Assembly (NCBI GenBank): GCA_051294375.1
Contig: JBJCIZ010000239.1
Span: forward strand, 7,200,180-7,264,179
Reading direction: 5' to 3'
DNA length: 64,000 nt
Source: Paraspadella gotoi
Lineage: Eukaryota > Animalia > Chaetognatha
Below the pieces are notes generated by a model. The model was not told the origin of the DNA and ran no database searches. It saw only the letters and a program-made list of their open reading frames with translations. Position numbers and translations under genes: made by a program. Below are positions 1-13,200 of this stretch, one piece after another. Position 1 is the first letter of the stretch, and each line of letters opens with the position of its first letter.

Positions 1-678
1 TTTTCCGATACTTTGTGTTTTTTTCTTTTTCCTGTTGTTTGCGATTAGTTGTCACCGCCATTTTTTTTATAACTCTGTATATCGCTGAATTTATACGATT
101 AAAACAGTTTAAAAATTCAAAATTTACGACCGAACTGTTTGTCCGCTTTTAACGACGCGTTAAGATTGCAAGGAAAGAGAAGGATTAGCTAACCTTTATT
201 CGCAAAAAACGTAACCTTCAGTGTTTCGATTGTTATAGTATATTCAGCGTTGAATATTGCTGTCATTTGCGAGTTGAAATTTCATGCGTCTGAATATGTG
301 CTATTTTTACCATTGATTATCGAAATAGAATGCGGCGGCGATAAATAGCGAGGCTGCCGAAAGAATTTTTGAAAAATGAAATAATTATTATAAACAGTAT
401 TAAAGCGATAATAAATATGATGAGAAGAGAGAGAGAGAGAGAAGAGGAGAGAGAGATGAGAAGAGAGATATTAGAGAGAGATGAGAGAGAGTCCTCCTTC
501 TGCGGTCGATTTTTCGAGTTTTGATTTCCAATTGTCTTCGTTCCTAAGGAAATATCAAACGTCCGCTTTCTGAGGATCTCAAGAGGGCGGGAGCTACCAA
601 AAATAAAAGAGCAATCTTGTGGATAAGCGCATACGTGGCTGAAGATGACGTCCTAACTTTCTAAACCCCCTCTAGCAG

Positions 679-764
679 CCATGAACGGGTCCCTGGCTTG
701 GAACCAGCTATGAGGTTTGCCATGCCCCAATGCGGCTTACGCCGTCCTCACGCGTCCGCAGTGG
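679..764 (-). ncRNA. Candidate type-P5 twister ribozyme, repeat unit 1
   Basis: Minus strand GCGG-AC-GCGT-GAGGA-CGGCG-TAA-GCC-GC-[P3 TGGGG/CCTCA]-CTG-GTTCCAAGC-CAG-GGAC-CCGT; loop TCC complementary to GGA (T1), GC/GC (T2); P2 and P4 imperfect in a noisy read. Confidence 0.6.
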
Positions 765-1064
765 TAGTTACCGGGTTGGGATAACCCGGTACCTAGTGTC
801 ATGAGCTGATGTCTTACTCAATAGCCACGGTCACAATCTGAATGTCGATGATTTCTCGGCGGGTGAACCTAGGCAATGCCTCGACTACAGCCCCCCAGTG
901 TAACCCACCCTGCACTGCTTCCGTGGAGGGAGGGAGCAACTTCAGCTAGACCAAGGCCTGAATCAGGAAGGTTGGAATTACGCTCGTACCAGGATGGCTC
1001 CCGTGTGGATAATCGCTACGTGGTGAAAATTGACTGTCCGTAACTTCTATAACCCCTCTAGCAG

Positions 1065-1149
1065 CCATGAACGGGTCCCTGGCTTGGAACCAGCTTGAGG
1101 GTTTCCTGCCCCCAAGCGCTTTACGGCCGTCCTCACGCTTCCGCAGTGG
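1065..1149 (-). ncRNA. Candidate type-P5 twister ribozyme, repeat unit 2
   Basis: Minus strand GCGG-AA-GCGT-GAGGA-CGGCCG-TAA-AGC-GC-[TTGGGGG/CCCTCAA]-GCTG-GTTCCAAGC-CAG-GGAC-CCGT. Confidence 0.6.
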
Positions 1150-1271
1150 TAGTACCGGTTGGATTAAACCCGGTTACCTAGTGTATTAGCTGATGCCTTA
1201 CTCTCATAGTCCACCGTCACAACTGAAAGTGTCTATGACTTCGGCGGGTGAAACTTAGCATGCCCGATACA

Positions 1272-4200
1272 TGCTCTTTAAGTTCTTTTGTTAAATTTTT
1301 ATTTCTATTACTTTAATTTTAAAAAAACAAAAGAAAACCGAATGTATTAAAAACAATATGACTATAATCTATAATTCCTAAATGACGACAATTCTGATGT
1401 ACACACAGGAACAAATGTCTCTTTGAAAAAAAAAAATATATAATTACATCCATCAAAATGTTGCATCAAGTTAGTAAACTTCATATAAAACTAATTCATT
1501 GTCCACCAAATATTAATACAATATATTCTCGTCCTTAGTTCCAGATGTCATCGTCAAAGTGTTTAAAGATTCCGTGAACTGGCGCCCGAAAGCGTTACGG
1601 ACAGTCAACGTCGAAGCTAACTGGACAGATCCTGATTCTTCGCGTCCTCAACGTTTCGCACCCTATCGCGACGCGAGTATTGACGCGTGCCGAGCGTCGT
1701 CCGCGTGCTGCGCAAGGTCTCTGCGTAATGGCCTCAGGCGTCTTTTTCGGCGCTATTCATTCGAGGCTCGTCTCTTCGCACTGAATCGTCACGGATTCGC
1801 TTGACGAAAGATTTCCTCCTTCTTCTTCTTTTGTTTAGTTCTGAAACATAAATGATTGTTTAGTTAAAAATAATTGTTTATGTATTTTAACTTAACAAAC
1901 ACATCGTCATCTATAATCGAAAAAAAAAACCCGCGAAGAGTTTTCCTGTATTAAACGAAATAACAATTAGGCAGGTTCTATTATTTATTAGCTATTATCT
2001 TAGCACTAAGCCGTTTTAAGGATAACAAAAACACCAAAGACCGCCACCCAGAGATAGAAATCTCCGTTGAGTCGTTTCTGTGAGTCCATTTCGTGCCAGT
2101 CCAACCGATTTGCGTCTCCGTCTTCACTCCTCCGTCGTTTTCCCGTGCATGCGAACGTGACGCGCCGTCCGTCCATTTCCTACTTTCAAGCTTTTGTCGC
2201 GGGGAGATGACCCACTATTCGTAGTTACAGATTCAAAGATGTGTTGACTTTAGTTACATTTTATGGCATATTCGAACTCAATCTCTCTCTCAATTCTAAA
2301 CTCTAAGAGTTTAAAATCAATCTTCTACTATCAACAATATCCGATATCTGAAGCGCGTTTACGTTCTGATATTAAAATCATAAATATCTCTCTTAGATAA
2401 TCGATAATGATACAATTATCGTTTGTCATTTGGTTTACTGGTGATTTGTTCGTCGTGTAATTTTCTAACAGACGATGCCGATTGACTCTTCATATTTTCG
2501 TCATCTATATGATTTCTGAGTTGTCTATACTATAAGATTGCTTATTATTCATTTATTCAGAATGGACTCTTCTCTCAAGCCAAACATTCCTGCAGATCTG
2601 ATACCGGTAATAATTAATTTCAATTGTTATTTTCTCTGGTTTCTTCTATGTATCTGTTTATATGTCCGCGGTAGATGAATAGAAACATCACCTTCATTTA
2701 AAAAAGCGGGTCACATGCGCATGTGTAATGGTGTGCAGATTTTACCTTCATCCAGACTCTAGTACAATCGACTCTCTCGTATTACTTATTGCTTGTTTAA
2801 TCACGTGTGACGTTGCTATGTGTCTTATGGTGTTGCCACGACCATAAACTCGTATCTTCTCGCACTGCGTTCTGTGTTACAGTAAAAGTGAGGCAAGTAG
2901 GCATTTTTATAATAATGGTTATTTCGGATTTGTTGAATAAGGACATATAACTGAACACGAAGTATATGAAGTTCTTAGATGCGACGGAAGGCACTCAACT
3001 TCCTTAGATCTCGATCAATTATAGTAGAATATCTGCTCCTGTGGCCGAATTAGAAGGTCATATTAGTGAGTCAATAGGTGTTTGTGTCACAGAGTCAGCT
3101 CGTCCAACTCGTCACTCCTCCACGTAAGAGCTCTTCCGTGATCGTATGTGATACACACCTTCGCTTGGTTTAAGCCTGCATCATTTTTGCTCGTCATTGT
3201 TGAATGTTAGAAACGGATCTGACCTAATCATTTGATATATACATAAAACTCTATCTATCTGTGAACTTCCCAGATTATCTCAGTGACAGATATCATTCGG
3301 TAGTTAATGTCATACTCCGTTCTGAAGTCGTAATACAACTTTCATTCCTGGACCAGGATGTAACACGGACTCTCTAAATAAGTTGTCCCACATGCTTGGA
3401 AACGTTATATACTACATATAATCTCACTATGTCCATATCCAGTGCCTTGTATGTGTTCCCCTCGTGCGATTGTTCATATCTGTGCAATAGGCATCTCTTG
3501 ATCGAACGCGATATGTAGTGTCAATTATGACAACATCCGCGTCATCGTGATAATATCCACAGTCAATCGTTGTCCTTTAGCGTTATTCAATCATTTCAAT
3601 CGCCCTATAAAAATAATTCTTTGATCCGTTCAGTGACGTAAATTGCTCTTGTTGCGCAGTACAACCTTTATGCCGTGGTTCGGATTCCCGTTACCTTTCG
3701 GCGAGCTCTTTATAATGTGTAAGTTAATAGGCTCGTACATTTTTACAGATCAAGATGTTTGATAGTCGTTCTTAGACTTTTTAATTTCCTATCGTAGTGT
3801 GCTGATTATGCTCTAGTTCTGTTAAATAAAGTATCCCACATCGTCAGTCTCTTGACCACTCCCGCGGGACCAGAAACTAGAGCCTAAAAAGGGAAAGAGA
3901 GTAGGTACGACTCCGCGAATTGAGAAGAGGGAAAGACAAAGCGGAGAGGAGGAAGAAAAGAAAAAGATCGGATGATTCTAGTCCGCGATAAGTCGGAGAT
4001 TGATAGAGGTAGGACTGTATGTAGAGATTCTGAGAGAGATGAGAAATGAGAGAGTAGTGAACAAGGAGAGCGCCGAGTTACAGAATGTCATATGCGCCCG
4101 ATAATTTGATAGAATAATAAATCTCAGGCATAAGAATGTAAGTCCTCTTCTCTCAATACTCATCCCTTAATAAATTTTAGTTAATCACGCGGACTCAAGA

Positions 4201-7200
4201 ACGAACGATCACGTCTCGTGCTCTTATGCGGTCAACGTCTTCTCCATCCGTCGAACCCACTCGACGCGAAGTTCAAGCCTGTCAATTCTCGACAGTCTTG
4301 AGGTCTATAAAAAGGATAAGGTGATAGAGTGAAACTCGAAAACTGTATTTCCATTCCAAGCCATGATTATGTTTTAAGTAAAGAAGAGGTATAAGTTCAT
4401 TATAGTTAAAATAAGTTTTAATTATAAGAACCAAAGGGCGCTACCGGAAACGGCGCCAATTTAATTAGATAGAAAGATGATGATTTTCGGTGACCAAGCT
4501 GATCCCCCTCCCTCCGGTTCTTTCTCCAGTCCCGTGTCATGGCCTGGAACGAGTGGATCCTTTGGATGGATCATCGTGGGTCGTGCTATGTAGCTCAACA
4601 TCCCCGCTCACCATTGACTGGTCAAAGCGACCTCACGAAAATATGGGATTTTTATCAGTGTGGAATTAAGGGTAGGAAGAAGGGAAGGAAGAAGGGAAGG
4701 AAAGGAAAAGAAAAGGAAACGGAAATAGGAAAAAGAAGGAAAGTATATAAAAAGGGAATTAGGAAAAAAAATAAAATAATTTGAAATAAGGAAATCAAAT
4801 TTTTCGGAACAAAATTTAAAGGGATAAAGAATTAATGAGATCAACCTATTTTTACCAAGGGAAAAAAATAATAGACACAGATATAAGAAAAGAGAATTAA
4901 AATAAATTAGAAGTAGAGAAAAAGAAAAGATATTAACGTAAAATAATATGAGAATGGAAAGAGAGGTAGTATTGTTGAACACTGAATACTCTAACGGCTA
5001 ACATAACTTAAATTGCACACATTTTGTGAGAATTTGAATTGCAAACGCGACGTAGTAGAGTCAATTAGAAAAAAAGGTTTCTCTTCTTTCTATTACGGCG
5101 GAGGACACAAACGCGGAACAGGGATTCACGGTAGGAGACGGGAAGGATGCACGTGCAAGAAGGCTCCGGGCACTGACGTGAAGAGATCTCAGTGAGAGAG
5201 AGCGTTAATGACGTCGAGCGATGCATAGATGTCAATACATCGGACATGAGCTCAGTCTGCTACTATAGTACCTCCATTCATCGATTGGTCATAATACGAG
5301 CGAAACTCTCCACTACCTAGTCGCATCATCTGCAGATCTCAAGGTGATTCATCAAACATTCCACTAGTTTTATATACATATAATCGATATTATACAATGT
5401 CTAATAAATCAAATCAAATCAGTCAAATAATTCAATCACCAGAAATTTACTCTCGATCAAAATAACACGAAAAATTCAAATTAAAACCTTTAGTATATGA
5501 AAAAATAAAAAAAATGAATCAAATGTAAGTCAATGCATCGGACCTAATTTGGAGTTAAGAGGAAACCAATTCAAGGCAGTTTATCTGATCAAAAAAAAAG
5601 TCGCCCAATAATTGGCAATTAATCTCAAAATCTAGACCAATCAATCCAATCAAATTCCAACATAATTGATCCAGCTAACGCGGCATGTGCCTGCGTGTGG
5701 ACATAACGACCCTGCAAAACGAACATCAATGCGAGCCATAGATACAGAAAGCCCGGAGAAATAGAAACGTATGAAGTGAACGGCTGGCGGCGGCTAGTCT
5801 TGACGAAGGTGAACAGACCACGGGCGGCATGATTGTGAGACAAGAAGGAGGTCGTAACAATCGCACCGCAAAGTACGCGCGCACGTCAAAACTGAGCTAA
5901 GAAAATGAGGGTTTCAGATCTCTCACCACACAAGGGCTCAGTACGTGCATAACTATCTCTCCTACCTGAAAGTCCGGTACTCACAGAAGGGGACGAGATA
6001 AAAATAGTCTTTTTTTTTTAAATCTGACTCTTTTACCCTTCGAGTCTTCTGAAGAAATGAATGATGTGGTGGAATGAAGAAGTTTGTTGGAGTTGATGGG
6101 ACTGTCGAGCAGAATATCGATAGATACTCAAATCTATGTGAATTATTGGTGGTATCACCGCGTGCTCATATCTGAAGAAATCTTGCTCCGATGGATCTAA
6201 TAGGTGAAGAATAGAGCACACGGGGCCCTCCGCTAATGAGTCCACTAAAGGGAACCGGGTCATCCCAAACTGGTCTGGCCTTTCGGGGAAGGAGTGAATG
6301 CTTGGTGCGGTGAATGTGGATGATATTGTAGATAGGCATTGGATCTTTCTTATTGCTGCTTAGAAAGGAGGTGTTTATGAGTATCCATATCAGTCACGGC
6401 CAACTGACTCGCACCATATACAAAATAAGATATGTGAAGCTGGGATATTGAAAATACATGTGAAGATATGAATTGTGGGTTTGAATGTGGTTCCTTATGA
6501 ATGTATAGCTACTAAGTTATGTTGTAGTATATGAATTTGGAGATGAATGGTAAGTTCTTTATAAGGTGATTTGACATTGTATTATTTATTTATTCATTTT
6601 GTTTGCCCCCTGACTTAAGCATGATCGATAGGTCCTATATATCCTACGGTGTGGCCAGGTGGTCCCTGTCAAATTTTGACTCAACACTAGAGTGTTTTTA
6701 TCACAACCTCGCGAAAATTTCTTAAGATCTACGTGAATAGATGTAAGTAAATGCTTTAATTTTGGAAGTGTGCTGTCTTAGACGCATTAAAAACTTAATT
6801 ATTTGATAGGGCCCCTCTGATCTTTAATGATTTGTCCGGTTCATATCTTCAGGAAATATCCCATTTGAAAATAACGGGGTTGCATTCGAATTGAATTGCT
6901 GGAAGAAGGAAAGTCGTCGACCACAGAGTAGTCGTGAACATTGGTGAGTATTCGACGCTGCTGATCATCGTCTGCGTGAGGCGAGTCTTTCGCGGCACGA
7001 GCCAGTGAGGGATTATGGTAGAGGGAGCATAGGGGGGTGCGAGTAAATAGGTAAGAAAGGGATAGTTAGGAGATGGGAGAAAGGAAAATAAGATATAGGA
7101 ATAGAAAAGTGGTCTTGTAAGAAAATAGTAGAGTAAATAAGAAGGAAGTAAGGAAAAAGATTTAAGAAAGAAAATAGAAATGAGAGAAAGAAAAAAAAAA

Positions 7201-10200
7201 AAAGAATATAGATAGAAATAGATAAGAAAGAAGAAAGAAGAAAGAAAGAGAAGGAAGGAAGAAGGAAGGAAGGAGGTGAGGAGGATCCAATAAATAAAAA
7301 ATAGAATATGGAATGTGTGAAATGAGAGAAAAGGAAAGGAAAAGAATGTAAGGTAAAAAGAAAGATAATTGTTAGTCTTAAGTGCATCATCAGGTCACAA
7401 TAATTACTGGGCATCGACATGGATTGGACGTCATTTTGCCGAAAATATGAATCAAGCCTCGTCACATTGCTCTGTTCTTGCACATGGTGGGTGGCAAGAT
7501 CTCGAAATATAAATGATTATACGTTAATTTTAATTAATCCATTTTAATTAATCTAGTTTTTGTTTTTCTTCTCTGCGTCTTGTTGTTGTTGTTGTTTGTT
7601 TCGTCTTCAACGAAATTGATTATTTTGTATTCGGAGAGAGATCCAGAACCGATGCACATCGACGTCCAACTTCTGTATCAACGTCATCGCGTCCTGGTCT
7701 CATCCTGCTGAGTACAAGTCCAGAACAGATCTCACTGCAATATCAGATCTGAGATTCTCGAATGAGGTGCGGGGGATGTGAAGATTCGTCAAAACCGCCA
7801 AATCCATCTTTCCTGTATACTGAGGTCGTTTTACTGAGCTTTTTCGTATATTTCATGTTACATAATTATATTTAGATTTATTCGATGATAATTGCTGTCT
7901 AGGGAATCGGTTATCAGACTAATGTTTATTAACTGCTATTAGTAACTTGGTTGTTGAATCAGTCGTTTATAAGTAAAATGACATAAATGTGTTGATAAGT
8001 TTAATACGATGAAGTATAATAAATAAGAAGCCTTTTAAAAACCTACGAATTATGTAAATTAACATATTTCTCGAAATGAGGATAAATATCATTTTGAAAC
8101 AGAGAAAAAGTGTACATTTTACTTTGTGTTCATTTGGTTCATTTCATTCTTGATTTCGGTATTTTTCCCGACGTTCGAAAACCCTTTGCTTTTTCAAGCT
8201 ACTCCTTGGTATGAAATCTATTTTGTAATTTCGACCGAAGGCTCGGTAGGGGGGCAATTCTTTTTAACCTGGAAAAGATGGTACACCAAAATGAGGGAAT
8301 GTTGTTGCAGAAATCGCACCCATAGTGAATAGTGCTTCCGATTCCTATCTCCTCGCGGGTGAGCCTACCTCTTAGTTTGGCGGTTCCTATGATGGTTGCC
8401 GTCTTCTTTGAGGAGATCCCAAGCTCGCCGTTGGTGGCTCGACGGCCAAACTAGATAATCCCGCTACAATTTAGTATTGTCCAGAGAGTAGTTTGATTAT
8501 GTGACATCATCAAAACGGAAGATAAGCGCACTCTATATCGTGATAGTGTTCACACAATGGTTGAACGTCGCAGAGAGTATCTAGTGTGCCTGCACAATGA
8601 TCCTTTGATCATTAATTTTTCTTTTTATTTGTTAGAGGCGCGTATTTTGTTTTCTCTGTTATTTTATTATCTATATCATAATTGTAGAAGCGAGTTTAAT
8701 GTCTAATTATATGATATATTTTTAATTTAGTATATATGTCTTTGAACTATAAAGACGAATGCCATGCGATGATGAGAATGATAAATTCGGCGCAACTCGC
8801 TCTAGCTGTGGGATGGGCACGTGTTTGACGACGGGTGAACGTCGCCGACGAGAACTGGAATCTTGTGTTAAGTGCGAATAATGCTGTGAAGATGAAGTGT
8901 ATACTGGTAGCAATTAGCTGCAGTGACAATACCCCTCACTCGAATGGGCCAGGTTCACGGCAGAAGGATATGACATATTAAATAATCGAAACTTTTGATC
9001 ATCTAGGAAGAACTTCAATAAATTATATACTTTCCCTATTTGTCACTTCATCCATTTTGTTTAGTGTAATTTATATCATATAAAAGTACGATGGTATTAA
9101 AGCACTAGTTTAGTGATCCTAAACTAAGAACTGTTAAATATACAAAATATAACCCAATTTGTTATTTATGATTATAGTTAAGGAATATTATGAGAGACAA
9201 TGGAATTCATATAGGGTAGAGTTGTAATGGACAAGGAGATATTATGATAGAGAGAGGAGGTAAAAAAAGAAGAATAGTAATACAGGTAATGACTATAGCC
9301 CAGAAAGCCACGTATATATGTAATATGCCAAGATGTTATAATTACAAAAGTGATTATTATGAATGCAATGCAAATGACAGAATATAATCATATCAGAAAG
9401 AACTATTTATAAACAGAAATATAGAAAGGGGAAACTTAGAAAATATGCTGGTAAAGGAAGGAGATGTGAAGAGAAAATAAAGACAGCGGAGAATTGACGA
9501 TGAACGGAAGTGACGAGTCAGGAAAGGAGAGAATGAGAAGATGCAGGGAGACGTCGAACAAGATAACAAAGAAGAGGAGCGAGGCTATTAGGACAACCAG
9601 GTGAACAATTGAGAGAGTACATTAATTAAGAGATTGTTAACACATTAACCCATGTTGAGATTGAGAATTAAGATTTCTATTTCTCCTCCGTGTGAACTTC
9701 GAGAGAAGAAAGATGGTCAAAATTTAGGGAAAAAATTAAACTGGTACAAAAGAGACTAGCGATGATTTCTCCATAATAAAAATACTACTCAGAGGACTAT
9801 GATTGTAATAAATTATGATCATGACTTAAAAGAATAAAATCTACGCATATTTACAAATGGTTTGGTGTGATGTTCTCCACTATCATCTCACAATGTGATA
9901 TTCAGTTTAGCAACTACAAATGAAAATCGATCTTGAGAATAGTTGAGTTATGATAAAATTCCTGAGACATTGGAATTTCAAAACTCCTGTCAAACAGTTA
10001 ATGAATAAAAGGCGGCTGTATCAGCTGCCTGCTGTCAGACACAATTGTCAACTCTCAGATACTTATGCTTTATCCGTGACAATCGGTCACCTGTCTGTCA
10101 TGAACATCAAATCGTACACACACACCTGACACCGTGTGACTGCCCTCAGAACTCCCAGTGCACCTCACTCCACTCGGGCAACTCGACATCGAAACTGCAA

Positions 10201-13200
10201 TAGAGATCGGCCTGTCCGCAGTGAAGTATCTTGCTTCGATGATCTCAGGACTATGGAGACTCTTGGCCCCTGCGCCGTCGTTCCCGTCGTCTCGTCCGGT
10301 CGAAACTTGATCGTCGCGTCTCCGGCTCGTGCGGAGAAAGAATCCAGATAGATGAATTATACAAAAAGTGTAAAAAATGTCCGAGGCCGGGAATAAGATT
10401 AAAAAGATTAACCCAGGTGATGAAACAAGGATAACTAATAAGTATATATTGAGATAAAGTGGCTAAGAACGCCTGATTGACCCGGTTAAAGAGCTAAGAG
10501 ATACTCAGGAAGATGGGATGATTAAGAATGAAGAATAATAAGAAGAAGGCAAGAGGTTAATGATTAACTGTAGGAGAATGCTATGATAGAATGAGCAGAA
10601 TGGGTGGGATGTGAATGAGACAGCACAGTCATATATTGTAGTCTTGTTCGTTATACCAAAATATAAGTAACCAATACGAAGAAACTCTCAACGAATCACT
10701 CCGAATTGCCCCTCAGATAACCACGCTAAAAGAACTTATGTGCAGAAACACATAACGTAAAAAGCTCTATGTCAGAAAGCATGATATCAAGATATGTACG
10801 GTCTTGTAAGGCCTGCGATTTGTCCAGATTCTCCGCGATTACTGTATAGAGAGGAATATTATAAAAAAAGACAGTCTTGCGTCTATTGACCGGCCGTCAT
10901 AACACCTCCGCGTCGCCGAAAATCCAGAGCGTGACGAAAAAAAAAGAGACCCTAAAAACCCCATGAATCATCCTGAAAAGTATGGCTGATACGAGGTCCA
11001 CAGAGAGATGAAAAGAAACATGTGGTTGATGTAGAGAAAGTATAGGAAGTAGTGCCAGTGAGGATTTATGAAATATTAGTGTGATGAAAGGCCTAACAGT
11101 AATAGGAAAGAGCTCTGATGAGCGTCAATGATTATCGCAGATTTATCGGCAAAGTATGTAGTAATTAATATAGATAGCCGAGATTATGTGTACGTCCGAT
11201 ACTTCTTTAAATGTACCACTGAATAATGGCGCTCTCATTTCTCCTCCTCTCTCTTCTTCTTTCCTCTCCGATTCTCTCTTCTTACTTACTTTTTTATCCT
11301 TCTTTTCTCTCTTTTCCTTGTATTGTCTTTCCTTTTTGCTTTATATTGCTCTCTTCCTTGGATACTTGCCATTTTATACTCCTTTTTCATATATGCGCTC
11401 TTCTCTTCTATTCTTCTCTTATATTTCCCGTTCGAATTCTTCTATTCTCTTTCCTCCTCCTCTCTCCTCTTTTTCTCCTACCTCACTCCTTCCATATTCC
11501 CCGGTCTTACTATGTTGCGTGCTTTTTCGGCTCCGTCTCGTCTTGTTAAATCCCGTACACTCTCCTGGTATATGCTATCCTCAATCGTATGCGCTTTGTG
11601 TTTCTTTCTTTCCTGTTTCCCTCTTATGTTCCCTCCGTTCTGTTTCCTTAACGTAGACTACTATTATACATTTTGCGTGTATCGCTTTTCAGTATTCCGT
11701 TTTCCTTTTTCTTTCCTATCCGTATCTCTACTCTGAATGACGACAAATTAGATTATCATATCTTTTTTCTTCCTCTCTCTCTTATTCTTTTCTCTTCTCT
11801 CTCTTTTCCTCTCTTTTCCTTTTTCGTCCTTCTTTCCATTTACTTTTCTTTCCTGTTTGACCTTTGGCTGCCACACTTTTCTACGTCCGATTGGAATCAG
11901 TATGAGCCAGCGGTGTGTGGAGGGAAATATAATAACGATATCATGGTTATAATTCAATTTCTTTATTTAGTTCATCATAAATATTTTTAAAATAATAAGA
12001 ATCTTAATAAATGTTCTCTTTTTATCATTAAAATAAATTATTATATTATATATAAAAAGAATTCATATTAATTTATATTGCATTTACGAGATTTAAAAAA
12101 TGACGGTTGCTCAAAAGGTGTTGCAGAAGCTCCCGTTCGAAGAGGGGAAGGGTGGTATCAGTATGATATTATGTACTAAACGTGAGGCACCCTCCGGCTC
12201 GTCGTCGCCCCGTTGCGTCCGCGTCCCCGTTTAAGAAGAATTTTTGACAAAAGAATACCGCAGGAGGTATAAAACAAAAAATATGAACCACCCGTGTGGC
12301 GGAACAAAACCAGTATAAAACAGAAAAAAAACAGACGGAGATCCGAGGGGTACCGACCCGCCACAGCACCCGGCACGCAACAAGGCGCGGCCCTTGTCAT
12401 GCGTAATGTCTCACATTGGACCGCCCCCGAGAGCATTTGAGATTTCTGATAGCGATTTTTTGAACTAATCCAAAGGAAGAAGTAATTGCATAAAGAGAGG
12501 AGGTAATTAGATTTTTTATATGCAATTATTTGGTAGATAGGATTCCTTTTTTTTTTTAAATTGCGCTTGAAAAAAAATAATTCCGACGATAGGATTTTAT
12601 TGTTTCGTCTTTATGAATTTCTCAGGGAGATTGTTACGTTTAATCCTGATGGTTAATGTTTAATAAAACCTGGAATTATCTTATTATTCCACCTCCCCTC
12701 CCCTTTTTTTTTCAAAGCAGACCCCTTTTTGTGTCTCTTTTCGAGAGTGCCCCCATTTCTGCTTTCTTTTCGAGAGTTGACCTCACTTTGCTGGTTCTCT
12801 TTTCCGAGAGTGCCCCATTTCTGCTCTTCCTTTTCCAAGATGACCCCATTTCTGGTCCTTTTTCCTAGATAGGGAGTGATGGCACCCATTTCTGCTCTGT
12901 GCTAGATTGTATCAGGAGAGAGAGAGTGAGGGAAAGAGTGAGACACCAGCCATTACTCGACATGGAGACGGATAAGATTACATTAACCAATTATTTCATG
13001 GACCGTTAAGAATTTTGTCCTCCTCATATCATTTCATCTCTCTTTCTCTCCTGGTCATATTAGAGAATAAAAGGACAACACATTAATAAACTTGAGATAC
13101 TCTTCCGCCATGTACGATCACTCGCGTCCAGAGAATGTGACACTACGCGATTACTCTCTCGCGATGTCTCCTCCGTCCGCTGTGATCCTCAATCCAGCCC

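Larger units (their letters stand above)
618..1271. repeat. GC-rich tandem repeat, period ~385 bp, ~1.7 copies
   Basis: TGTGGATAA at 618 and 1004; CTAGCAGCCATGAACGGGTCCCTGGCTTGGAACCAGCT identical in both units. Confidence 0.9.
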
